Origin: Chthoniobacterales bacterium
Lineage (GTDB): Bacteria; Verrucomicrobiota; Verrucomicrobiia; Chthoniobacterales; UBA10450
Assembly: GCA_036490855.1 (NCBI GenBank)
Contig: DASXDC010000050.1
Location: forward strand, 1 to 42,689
Direction of reading: 5' to 3'
DNA: 42,689 nucleotides
Shown here: positions 26,459-35,223 of the stretch, in pieces
How positions within the stretch are numbered: the first letter of the stretch is position 1
How the letters are laid out: each line of letters starts with the position of its first letter
Notes under the pieces: generated by a model
The model's database searches: none
What the model was told of the DNA's origin: nothing
The model's input: only the letters and a program-made list of their open reading frames with translations
Program-made: the position numbers and the translations under genes

Positions 26459-26893
26459 ATGAGAGATACGACTCTTGAGACTCAACTCCGCCTTCTCACC
26501 CTCCAGGTGGAAAGCTGGAAGAAGCTGCACGATTTCGTCACCTATGCGCTCGATAAGGCGAAGCCGATCGTCTCGACCGATCAGGAACGTCAGTTTACCG
26601 AAGTCCGTGCGACGTTGCTCCAGGAAAGCGAATATGTTTTCACCGAGCTAAATCTCGTTTCGGAGCTTTCGGGCAAAGCGATGACCGTCCTCCAACGCGC
26701 CACTTCTCTCCGGCGAGTGCGCGATCTCGGCGGCGAAGAAACGCGCCGGCTGGAGGCGGATTGGAATTTCGTTTTTACCAAGCTCGGAGTGCTCCAGGGA
26801 CAGTTAAAGGCACGCCGCCGTGAACTCCTCGGCCGTAGCTTTCTCGCCCATACGCTGACAGGTGTATTCGGCCGGAAGGCGCTCGCGCGCTAA
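26459..26893 (+). CDS. hypothetical helical protein (144 aa)
   Basis: In-frame ATG at 26459, 11 nt after the upstream stop. Coding-like composition. No family recognised. Confidence 0.6.
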   Translation: MRDTTLETQLRLLTLQVESWKKLHDFVTYALDKAKPIVSTDQERQFTEVRATLLQESEYVFTELNLVSELSGKAMTVLQRATSLRRVRDLGGEETRRLEADWNFVFTKLGVLQGQLKARRRELLGRSFLAHTLTGVFGRKALAR

Positions 26894-27020
26894 GGCCGGT
26901 TGCCGGTCATACCGACCGCCACCGCGATCTTGCCGAGGGTGGTAGTTTTCACGCTCGAAGGATTAGTTTTTCCGGAATTCATCCGCTCACTCAGCGGTCG
27001 GCAGACGAATCTGTTACACC

Positions 27021-27428
27021 ATGAGCAAGCTCACAAAACGCGACATTGTCGTGTCCATCAGCAATGAGACGGGGATGGTGCAGCATCAGGTTTTTGATGT
27101 GGTCCAGCGGACGCTGAACCAGATCACCGACAGCCTGGCGCGCAATGTCGCCGTCGAGTTGCGCAACTTCGGCGTCTTTCAGCCGCGACTGACCAAGCCG
27201 CGGGTAGGCCGCAATCCCAACCAACCCGGAAGCAGTTTCGTCATCCCTCCGCGCGCGACGGTCAAATTCAAGGCCGGCAAAATCATGCGTCAGCGAGTGG
27301 AAAAGCTTTCCCGAGAGATGAAAGAAGCCGCCGAACGCCACAACGATGGCGCGACTGGTTCCGCGCCCAAGACTGCTCCGGATGGCAGCCGCGTCTTCCG
27401 GACTCCGGGCCAGCGCGCGACTCCCTGA
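27021..27428 (+). CDS. HU/IHF family DNA-binding protein with about 45-aa C-terminal extension
   Basis: LTKRDIVVSISNETG...VELRNFGVFQPRLTKPRVGRNPNQPGSSFVIPPRATVKFKAGK. Confidence 0.9.
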   Translation: MSKLTKRDIVVSISNETGMVQHQVFDVVQRTLNQITDSLARNVAVELRNFGVFQPRLTKPRVGRNPNQPGSSFVIPPRATVKFKAGKIMRQRVEKLSREMKEAAERHNDGATGSAPKTAPDGSRVFRTPGQRATP

Positions 27429-27591
27429 CTTGAAACGCCGACGCCTCTCGCGCTGTCGGTAGCCTAACGAATCTTCATCCCAGCCAAAACTTCCGCTCAC
27501 CGCCGTCACTCGGCGAAGGCTCTTTTTTCCAGAAAGCTGCGAGTCCACTTTGTGTCGTCTGCACGAATGAGCTAAAGACAAGCCCAACCTT

Positions 27592-28509
27592 ATGAAAAAA
27601 ATCCTCTGCCTCGTTGCCACCTGCTGCCTTTTGCTCAGCGCTCGCCCGTTATGGGCCGGCACGGAGACAGACGAGAAAGCGACCGTCGCCACCACCCAAT
27701 CGACCGGAGAGGCCGTCCCGCTCGATCTGTTCAAAATCGAGAGCGGCTATGTCTTCGAGAGCGATCTGAACCACGGCGGCAGCTTCGGCAAGCAATCGGA
27801 GATTCAGAATGAATTCGAATACGGTCATCGCATTCAGCTTCACGGTAACTTCTACGCGCACCTCGGGATCTCTTATGACCGCTACGATTTCGGGAGCACC
27901 GGTGCTCCCGTCCCGAATCACCTCCAGGCGCTCGCCGGCGTCTTCGGCGTCGATTACATGCACGGCAAGGATGTCGGTGCCTTTTTCCAGGTCCGCCCCG
28001 GCTTTTATTTTCAGAACGATGTCGGCATCTCTTCCTTCGACATCCCGATCACGTTAGGCAGGATTTTTGTCGTCAAGGAAGACAAGCTCTACATCTTCGG
28101 CGGCGCCTATGCTTCGTTCCTCCGCAGCGGTTTTCCGGTCCTCCCACTCGCCGGCGTGATCTGGATTGTGAGCGACGACGTGCGTCTGATGGCTGTCCTG
28201 CCGGAGCCGAAGCTGATCTACTCGCCTAACAAGAAGTTGGATCTCTGGGTCGGCGGTGAGCTCGTCGGCGGCTCCTTTCGCACCGATCGCAACGAGAATA
28301 TCCTGCCGAAAAAACTCAACGGCACGCAGATTGATTTCAGCGAATACCGGGCCGGTGTCGGCCTGACTTACGCCGTCTGCAAGGATCTCTCGCTCGATCT
28401 CGGCGCCGGCGTCTCGATTGAACGTCAGTTTGATTTTGGCCGTGCCGGCGAAACCTATCGGACCGATCCGTCGCCTTACGTCCGCCTCCAAATGTCTGCG
28501 AGTTTCTGA
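27592..28509 (+). CDS. predicted outer-membrane beta-barrel protein (cassette 1)
   Basis: Signal peptide MKKILCLVATCCLLLSARPLWAG, alternating beta-strand pattern, C-terminal ...RLQMSASF (terminal Phe). Paralog of 32824-33759. Confidence 0.8.
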   Translation: MKKILCLVATCCLLLSARPLWAGTETDEKATVATTQSTGEAVPLDLFKIESGYVFESDLNHGGSFGKQSEIQNEFEYGHRIQLHGNFYAHLGISYDRYDFGSTGAPVPNHLQALAGVFGVDYMHGKDVGAFFQVRPGFYFQNDVGISSFDIPITLGRIFVVKEDKLYIFGGAYASFLRSGFPVLPLAGVIWIVSDDVRLMAVLPEPKLIYSPNKKLDLWVGGELVGGSFRTDRNENILPKKLNGTQIDFSEYRAGVGLTYAVCKDLSLDLGAGVSIERQFDFGRAGETYRTDPSPYVRLQMSASF

Positions 28510-28510
28510 T

Positions 28511-29542
28511 TTGAATTTTCGCGCGCGGCCAGGTGCGGCTTTGTTTTCGTTAGGCAAAATCGCCTGCACTCTCGGGGCATTTCTCACCGCCGCCCCTGTG
28601 GCGCCGGCCGCACCGATCGATGAGTTGCATGCCTTCTCGCTTTTTTCGCGAGCAGATCTCGCTCGCTTGAAAAGCGGGCAGATCATGGTCGAGCGGGGGC
28701 CGGTTGGCGATTTCCCGCGTGGAATTTATCTCGAGGCCTGCTATTTCATCCATCTTCCGATGGAGAAGGTGGGGAACGCGCTCCTCCATTGGAACCCGGT
28801 CGCCCACCAGGACGTCGAGGTTCGCCTCTACCGCGAATTCCAGCCCCCGCCCTCCGCCGATGCTTTCAAAACCCTGAAGCTGAATCACTCCCTTAACGGA
28901 GACCAGTGGATCCTCGACGAAACGGCCAAAGTCGCGCAGGGCGGCAAATCGGAAGATCTTCACCTAACGAGCAACGAGATCGAGATCATTCGTCAGCACG
29001 GAAATGATCCAAGTGAAGCCTGGCGAGAGATCCTGCGTCATCGAGCTGAGACCGCATCGCACGGTGGACTGGCCACCGTCGCGCCCTATGGCAAGGATCG
29101 TTCGATTTCACCTCGCTCAGAATTCCGCGGTCTTCTCAGTCTCACTCCAAAGGTCGAGCAACATTTTCGTCCGGTCGCGACAGCCTCCCCTTTCTCGGCC
29201 AAAGGGAAGCCGGCAAGTGAAACTGTCGGCTACTGGGAAGCCTCGAAAGTGCGCGATCATAACACCCTGCAGCTCGGCCTTTTCGCCGCCCAAAAAGGAG
29301 GGGAGTCATGGCAACTGATCGACTGTCTTTATTATCCTTCCGACACCTATTTCATGTCGCTCAACCTCTTCCAGCTTTGGCCGGTCGAGGGAGGCACGCT
29401 CGTCTGGCAGGTCGGTTACGTCTCAGCGCCTTTCCGCAGTTATCTCGGCGGAATCGACCGTTACGTCGCAGGCAAAATGATGACCCAGGAAACGATGGAC
29501 ACGATCAAAGCCTTCCGTCGCGATCTGGAGTCGCGTCGTTAG
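28511..29542 (+). CDS. secreted hypothetical protein (cassette 1), paralog of 31850-32827
   Basis: TTG at 28511, 1 nt after the upstream stop, gives the signal peptide (M)NFRARPGAALFSLGKIACTLGAFLTAAPVAPA. It shares FSLF/FSVF, DLA.L..GQI, L(F/Y)QLWPV and TLVW blocks with the paralog. Start codon uncertain. Confidence 0.75.
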   Translation: MNFRARPGAALFSLGKIACTLGAFLTAAPVAPAAPIDELHAFSLFSRADLARLKSGQIMVERGPVGDFPRGIYLEACYFIHLPMEKVGNALLHWNPVAHQDVEVRLYREFQPPPSADAFKTLKLNHSLNGDQWILDETAKVAQGGKSEDLHLTSNEIEIIRQHGNDPSEAWREILRHRAETASHGGLATVAPYGKDRSISPRSEFRGLLSLTPKVEQHFRPVATASPFSAKGKPASETVGYWEASKVRDHNTLQLGLFAAQKGGESWQLIDCLYYPSDTYFMSLNLFQLWPVEGGTLVWQVGYVSAPFRSYLGGIDRYVAGKMMTQETMDTIKAFRRDLESRR

Positions 29543-29548
29543 GCAGGT

Positions 29549-30739
29549 CTATTCCTGGATGCGCTTCAGGAGCAACGCCGCGCCGAGAAACGTGACGAGC
29601 GCGCCGACGAGCATAAAAATCAGATCATCGCTGTAGAAGCTGGGGCCGGCTCGATACAGGTTCACCAGCCGAAAAGCGCGGCAGAAGTGCGTGAGCGGAA
29701 AACATTCCGAGAGATAGCGGATCGCTTGCGGCAATTGCTCGAGCGGAGCGAATGCGCCGGAAAGAACGAAGATCGGGAGGAGAAAGAAGACCGAGAGCTG
29801 GATCGCCTGCGTCTGGGTGCGTGAGAAGGCGGAAATGAGCAAACCCAAGCCTAACGAGCAGAGGAGGAAGAGCAGACAGATCAGCGCGAGCATCGGAATC
29901 TGATGAAAGGCGACGTGAAAATGCCAGCCCGCGACTACAATCACGACCAGGATCAGGAGGATCGAGATGCAGAGGTAGGGGAGGATTTTCCCAATCACAA
30001 TCTCCCCTCGCCGGAGCGCCGTCACCATGAGCTGGAAAAGCGTTCCAGATTCCCTTTCGCGCGCAATCGTGCAGGCGGTCAGAGTAACCGTCAGTAGCTG
30101 CAGGATGATCCCGATAATGCCCGGCACGACATACTCGATGAAACGCTGTTCGGGATTATAAAGCACATGCGTCTTTAATCCCCATTGGCTCATGGCGGAG
30201 ACAAATTCCTTCCGCACCTCGACCGGCAACTTCTTTGCCAGGCCGATCACTTCGTCAGGCAGGGTGGTGACGGTTTGCTCGAGCTGATTCTTCTGAAATG
30301 CGCCGAGACTTTCCTGAATCCGGCCCTCCAGCTCGCTCGCGGTGTTGGTATCGCTGCCGTCGAGATAGAGCGGCAACGCCATCGGATTTCCATTCTTCAG
30401 GCTCGCGCCCCAGCCCTGCGGAATAACGAGCGCCGCCTGCACGCCATTTTGCAGGAGATCAGGATGGCCGCTAATCTTTGCATTCACCTTCCAGCGAAAG
30501 GTTGTTTGCTTCTGGAGTTGACTAACGAACTCGTCGCTCGCCGGTGAGTGGTCGCGGTTCTCGAGCAGGGCGGGGACATTGCTCGAACCCGTCGTTTCAA
30601 AAGCGTGCCCGAAGATAAGAGTAAAGACCGGCGGCAAAATCAGGAGCAAGACGAGGATGCGCCAATCGCGATAAATATGGATGAACTCCTTCACCGCCAC
30701 GCTCCTGATCGCCTGCGGAGACAAGCGCATGCCGCTCAT
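29549..30739 (-). CDS. ABC-2 type exporter permease
   Basis: 396 aa with an N-terminal TM, a large external loop, then 5 TMs (YbhS/YhhJ-like architecture). ATGA overlap with the ATPase. Confidence 0.88.
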   Translation of the reverse strand: MSGMRLSPQAIRSVAVKEFIHIYRDWRILVLLLILPPVFTLIFGHAFETTGSSNVPALLENRDHSPASDEFVSQLQKQTTFRWKVNAKISGHPDLLQNGVQAALVIPQGWGASLKNGNPMALPLYLDGSDTNTASELEGRIQESLGAFQKNQLEQTVTTLPDEVIGLAKKLPVEVRKEFVSAMSQWGLKTHVLYNPEQRFIEYVVPGIIGIILQLLTVTLTACTIARERESGTLFQLMVTALRRGEIVIGKILPYLCISILLILVVIVVAGWHFHVAFHQIPMLALICLLFLLCSLGLGLLISAFSRTQTQAIQLSVFFLLPIFVLSGAFAPLEQLPQAIRYLSECFPLTHFCRAFRLVNLYRAGPSFYSDDLIFMLVGALVTFLGAALLLKRIQE

Positions 30740-31713
30740 GGCAACGCCTCCCGATTAAGCATCGCCTTGTAACCCTGCGAGTAAGCGGTGAAGACATCCT
30801 CCATGTCAGGCTCGGTCCAACGATGCCCGACCAACTCGATCTCGGGGAAAGGCCAATCCTGCTCCCAGCGCGCGAGCAGCTTTTCCGCTTCCGGCGCATA
30901 GACGCGCAGGCTGCCGCTCCGTAATGAGACGCCGAGGACCCCTTCGCATTCGCGCAGCCTAACGAGCGCTTCCATCGCCGGCTTGGCATCGAGTTCGAGC
31001 AGCTTCGCCTTGAAGGTCGCTTTCAAATTGCGCGGCGACGATTTCGCGAGCAGCCGGCCTTCGTGCAGAAATCCGACTTCGGTGCAGCGCTCCGCTTCAT
31101 CCATGTAGTGGGTCGTGACGAAAATCGTGATTCCGGTGTGGCTCAGCTCGTAGAGCAGGTCCCACATCTGCTGGCGATGGACCGGATCAAGCCCCGAGGT
31201 CGGCTCATCGAGAAAGAGCAGCGGCGGCTCGTGGACGAGCGCGCAACCGAGCGCGAGCAATTGCCGCATTCCGCCGGAGAGGCTGCCGGCGGCGGTGTCT
31301 CGTTTTTCGGTCAAATCCATTTGCACCAGGATGCGTTCCAGTCGCCCTTCGAGTTCGTTAGGCGAGACCCGGTAGGCGCCGGCGAAGAAGCGGAGATTCT
31401 CGCAAACCGTCAGGTCGGGATAGAGACTGAACTTTTGCGCCATGTAGCCGAATCGCGCGCGCGCGACCCGCCGCTCGAACCAGACATCGGCGCCGTCAAT
31501 CGTCGCCTTTCCCTTCGTCGGACGGACCAGGCCGCACAACATGCGCATCGTGGTTGTCTTGCCCGCGCCGTTCGCCCCGAGGAAGCCGAAAATCTCTCCG
31601 CGATTGATGCGCAGCGAGAGTTCGCACACCGCCTGAAGATTGCCGTAGGCCTTGCTCAGTTCGGTGAGAATGATTATTGGCTCACTCACTTTGAAAGGAA
31701 ACGCGGGAAACAA
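30736..31713 (-). CDS. ABC transporter ATP-binding protein (ABC-2 subfamily, with C-terminal accessory domain)
   Basis: Walker A GANGAGKTT, signature LSGGMRQ, Walker B LLFLDEPTSGLD. Confidence 0.93.
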   Translation of the reverse strand: MFPAFPFKVSEPIIILTELSKAYGNLQAVCELSLRINRGEIFGFLGANGAGKTTTMRMLCGLVRPTKGKATIDGADVWFERRVARARFGYMAQKFSLYPDLTVCENLRFFAGAYRVSPNELEGRLERILVQMDLTEKRDTAAGSLSGGMRQLLALGCALVHEPPLLFLDEPTSGLDPVHRQQMWDLLYELSHTGITIFVTTHYMDEAERCTEVGFLHEGRLLAKSSPRNLKATFKAKLLELDAKPAMEALVRLRECEGVLGVSLRSGSLRVYAPEAEKLLARWEQDWPFPEIELVGHRWTEPDMEDVFTAYSQGYKAMLNREALP

Positions 31714-31849
31714 TTCATTCGGACTTCCCTAGGGAAATCCGGCTCCTTTGCAAGGTGCAACCCGGATGCGCGTCGACCGCGGGCTCGATCGCCCAGGAGT
31801 AGAAGAAACCGACCGGGAAGCTCGCGGCCCGCGTTTCTCAAACGTCATC

Positions 31850-32827
31850 ATGAAACTATTCCGCATCCTGCTTTTTCTCTTCCCGCTCACTCTTCTCGCG
31901 GCCGATCCGGTGAGCGAGATGGCCCAATTCTCCGTTTTCGGAAAGGTCGATCTCGCCGCGCTGGCAAACGGCCAGATCAAGACCGCGACCGGCGCGCCGA
32001 TGAGCACGGCACGTTATCTTTCTGCCCAAAGCTGCTTCGTTGTTCCGAAGTCGCCGGCGCAGGTCATCGCGGCGATGAAGCATTTCGATCCCACCGCTCA
32101 TCGCGAGCTGCAGGTTTATCTTCACTCCGATCTTCCAGGCTCGCCCTCCGCGGCGAATTTTTCCCGGCTGAGCAATCCGCCTAACAATGGCGCCGTCAAG
32201 TCCCTCGCCGCGGCGACCCAGAAGATGTCGTCCGATCTGCAGCTCAGCCAGGAAGAGACAAAAAGTTTTGCCCAGGGCCAGCCGGTCTGGAATTTCTGGA
32301 TCAACCTTCTGGCAAAGCGGGCGCGGTCGTTTGTCTCCGGCGGCGCGGCCGCCGAGGCGCCTTACAGTCATTCCACCAACCCGGTCTCGCCCGGAAAGGA
32401 ATTTTCCGGGCTCGTTAGGCAACAGCCCAGGGTCGACCGGCAGTTCGGCAGCTTTCTCGGCAGCACCGGCTTGCTTGACGGCCGCGGTTCACTCAAGCCG
32501 GATCTCTACTGGGAGCTGCTCCAAGTGGAAGACGACGGAGTTCTGACTCTCGGGGCTTCCTACAATCGCTCGACGAGCGGGGGCGGCGCGCAGGTAGCCG
32601 ACGGACTCTATTATGCGAGTGGCGGCTATAATGTAGCCCTGACTCTTTACCAGCTCTGGCCGGTCCAGATCGCCGGCCGCGCTTCCACTCTCGTCTGGCG
32701 CGGCGATTTTATTTCCGCCAACTCGTTAGGCGAACTTCATGGCATCGAACGCCTCGCCTCCGAGTCGGCCATGCGGAAGGATATTTTGAAGGCGGCGACG
32801 ATCTTTCAGCGCGAAGCTGGGCGATGA
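31850..32827 (+). CDS. secreted hypothetical protein (cassette 2), paralog of 28511-29542
   Basis: ATG at 31850 gives the signal peptide MKLFRILLFLFPLTLLAADP. See cassette 1 for the shared blocks. Confidence 0.8.
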   Translation: MKLFRILLFLFPLTLLAADPVSEMAQFSVFGKVDLAALANGQIKTATGAPMSTARYLSAQSCFVVPKSPAQVIAAMKHFDPTAHRELQVYLHSDLPGSPSAANFSRLSNPPNNGAVKSLAAATQKMSSDLQLSQEETKSFAQGQPVWNFWINLLAKRARSFVSGGAAAEAPYSHSTNPVSPGKEFSGLVRQQPRVDRQFGSFLGSTGLLDGRGSLKPDLYWELLQVEDDGVLTLGASYNRSTSGGGAQVADGLYYASGGYNVALTLYQLWPVQIAGRASTLVWRGDFISANSLGELHGIERLASESAMRKDILKAATIFQREAGR

Positions 32828-33759
32828 ATTTGCGTCTCCTGTTTCTGAGCTCTCTCTCCCTCAGCCTCCTCACTACTTCCCTCTTGGCGGGCGAGGGCAA
32901 GGAAATCGCTTCTCCGCCTAACGAACCGGTGCTGGAAAACGAGCCCTATCGGTTCTCCGCGGAATTCACGATCGAGCAGGCCTACCTCGGCGGTTCCGAC
33001 GTCGAGCGCGGCAACCGTCAGGTGAATGACTTCGACGAATATTATTCCAACCTCCTCTTCGTTTACACCCCGCGGATCAAGTTCGGCATCCTCCGTCTCG
33101 GCGCGCAGTGGGAGCGTTACTCATTCGGCTTCCCGCATGGCGGGCAGCAGTTGCCCAACACCCTGCAGGCGGTCAATTCCATCGTCGGGCTTGATACGAA
33201 GTTCTCCGATTCGATTCTCGTTAGGCTGGAAGCGCAACCCGGCTTTTACGAAACGACTTTCGATCATCTCGAGGGCGATTCCTTCAACGTCCCGTTCGTC
33301 ATCGGCGGCACTTACATTTACACGCCCGAGCTGCAATTCGTGCTCGGTGTTGGCGTTAATCTCCAAAGCCGCCTTCCTGTCATCCCCGGTGGCGGAATCC
33401 GCTGGAAGTTTGCTTCCGACTGGGTGCTCAATGCCGTCCTGCCCACCCCGCGGCTCGAGTATCAGCTCAACCACAGCCTGACTCTTTTCGCCGGCGCGGA
33501 CATCAAGGCGAACACCTTTCGGGTCGACGATCACTTCGGCGACAGTCACGGCGACACCAGCCTGAACAGCGCCTGGCTCAGCTACGAAGAAGTGCGTCTC
33601 GGTGCGGGCGCGGAATGGAAGATGAACTCCTCGATTTCTCTCTCCCTCGAAGGTGGTTACGTGCCGTGGCGGCAGTTCGATTTCCACCGGACCGAAGTGC
33701 GCTACCACTACGAGAGCGGCGCGCCCTATGCCGCAGTCATCCTGCACGGCGAGTTCTAG
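32824..33759 (+). CDS. predicted outer-membrane beta-barrel protein (cassette 2)
   Basis: Signal peptide MNLRLLFLSSLSLSLLTTSLLAG, C-terminal ...AVILHGEF (terminal Phe). ATGA overlap with the upstream gene. Shares the (E/F)(A/Q)(Q/V)(P/R)PGFY and LP.P(R/K)L.Y blocks with 27592-28509. Confidence 0.8.
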   Translation: MNLRLLFLSSLSLSLLTTSLLAGEGKEIASPPNEPVLENEPYRFSAEFTIEQAYLGGSDVERGNRQVNDFDEYYSNLLFVYTPRIKFGILRLGAQWERYSFGFPHGGQQLPNTLQAVNSIVGLDTKFSDSILVRLEAQPGFYETTFDHLEGDSFNVPFVIGGTYIYTPELQFVLGVGVNLQSRLPVIPGGGIRWKFASDWVLNAVLPTPRLEYQLNHSLTLFAGADIKANTFRVDDHFGDSHGDTSLNSAWLSYEEVRLGAGAEWKMNSSISLSLEGGYVPWRQFDFHRTEVRYHYESGAPYAAVILHGEF

Positions 33760-33766
33760 CGCTTCG

Positions 33767-35140
33767 TTAGGCGACCGATCTGTCGAGCGCGCCGATTTTC
33801 CGCGTTTCCGGCCAGCGAAAGGCGACGGCGAGGACGACCAGAATCGTGCCGATGCCGCCGGCGACGACCGAGACGACGGGGCCGAAGAGCGCCGCGGTCA
33901 GGCCCGATTCGACCGCGCCGAACTCGTTCGAGGTGCCGATGAAAATGTTATTCGTTGCCGAGACCCGGCCGCGAAGCTCGTCCGGCGTGAGCAGTTGCAC
34001 GAGCGTTTGCCTAACGACGACGCTGACACTGTCGAAAACGCCGGTCAGGAAAAGCATGAGCAACGAAAGCCAGAACCAGCGGGAGGCGCCGAAGATGATG
34101 GTGGCGAGGCCAAAGCCGCTCACGCACCAGAGCAATGTTCGCCCGGCCTGTCGCATCGGCGGCAAATAGGCGATCGTGACTGCCATGACAAAGGCGCCGA
34201 TCGCGGGCGCCGCGCGCAACCATCCCAGCCCGATCGGTCCGCAATGTAAGATTTGATCGGCGAAAATCGGCAGGAGGGCGGTCGCGCCCCCAAGCAGGAC
34301 CGCGAAAAGATCGAGCGTGATCGTGGCGAGGATGATCTTCTGGCTTAGGACGAAACGGATCCCGGCTGCCAGGCTCGTCCAGGCGCTCTCCACGACGCGG
34401 CGTGCTTCGCGGATTTTTTTTATCGGCAGGACGAGGAGGAAAAAGATCAGAGCGCAGACGGCGTCGAGCTCATAGATGAACGGGAATCCCATCCGCACGA
34501 TGAGAAAGCCGCCGACCGCCGGACCGAGGACGCAACTGATCTGGAAAAGGCTGCTGTTCCAGGTGACGGCATTGGCAAACTTTTCCCGCGGCACCAGGGT
34601 CGGGAAAAAGGAAGCGCGCGCCGCCCAGCCGAAAGTCCGAATCGAAGCGGAGGTCAGCATGAGCAGATACATCAGGGGCAGAGAGAGATCGTCGAAGTGA
34701 AAGTGCGGATGTCTTTCGAAAACAGTCGCGATCCTGCGCAGAAAATCGTTGGCCCGCAGAAGCGCGGCATAGCGCGGAATCGCGAGATGCTGCCAGGAAA
34801 CGAGCGCAAGACAAATGGAACAGAAGGCGCTTCCCGCCTGCGAAACGAGGATGATCGATTTGCGGCGCAGGCGATCCGCCAGATGCCCTGCCGGCAGGGA
34901 AAGGGTCACGATCGGCACGGCCGCGACCAGACCGACCAGACCAAGCGCGGTCGCCGAGTGGGTCCGCGCGTAGACTTCCCACTCGATCGCGATCGTGAGC
35001 ATCTGTCTTCCGGCGATCGCGATGGAATTGCCGAGCGCATATAAGGCGAAGCCGGGAAAGCGAAAGGCAGCGTAGGGATCGCGTGGCGGGCGGGAACTCT
35101 CGGCGGTCGGCGGCGGCGCGTACGGTTTTCTCTCGGGCAT
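33767..35140 (-). CDS. MFS transporter
   Basis: 457 aa with about 12 TM helices and an MFS-like loop motif (GHLADRLRRK). The TAA stop lies inside the 8-mer motif. Confidence 0.88.
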   Translation of the reverse strand: MPERKPYAPPPTAESSRPPRDPYAAFRFPGFALYALGNSIAIAGRQMLTIAIEWEVYARTHSATALGLVGLVAAVPIVTLSLPAGHLADRLRRKSIILVSQAGSAFCSICLALVSWQHLAIPRYAALLRANDFLRRIATVFERHPHFHFDDLSLPLMYLLMLTSASIRTFGWAARASFFPTLVPREKFANAVTWNSSLFQISCVLGPAVGGFLIVRMGFPFIYELDAVCALIFFLLVLPIKKIREARRVVESAWTSLAAGIRFVLSQKIILATITLDLFAVLLGGATALLPIFADQILHCGPIGLGWLRAAPAIGAFVMAVTIAYLPPMRQAGRTLLWCVSGFGLATIIFGASRWFWLSLLMLFLTGVFDSVSVVVRQTLVQLLTPDELRGRVSATNNIFIGTSNEFGAVESGLTAALFGPVVSVVAGGIGTILVVLAVAFRWPETRKIGALDRSVA

Positions 35141-35223
35141 CGTCGCGCGCGGCCAGACCCGGGCGCACCAGATAGTAGAGTCGGCGCGGGCGCCCGCAAC
35201 CGACTCGCTCGCCTAACGATCCC

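Noticed and set aside
26991-27734. 247-aa minus-strand ORF
   Set aside because: It is antisense to the HU/IHF gene and to the barrel-1 signal peptide region, and has no motifs.
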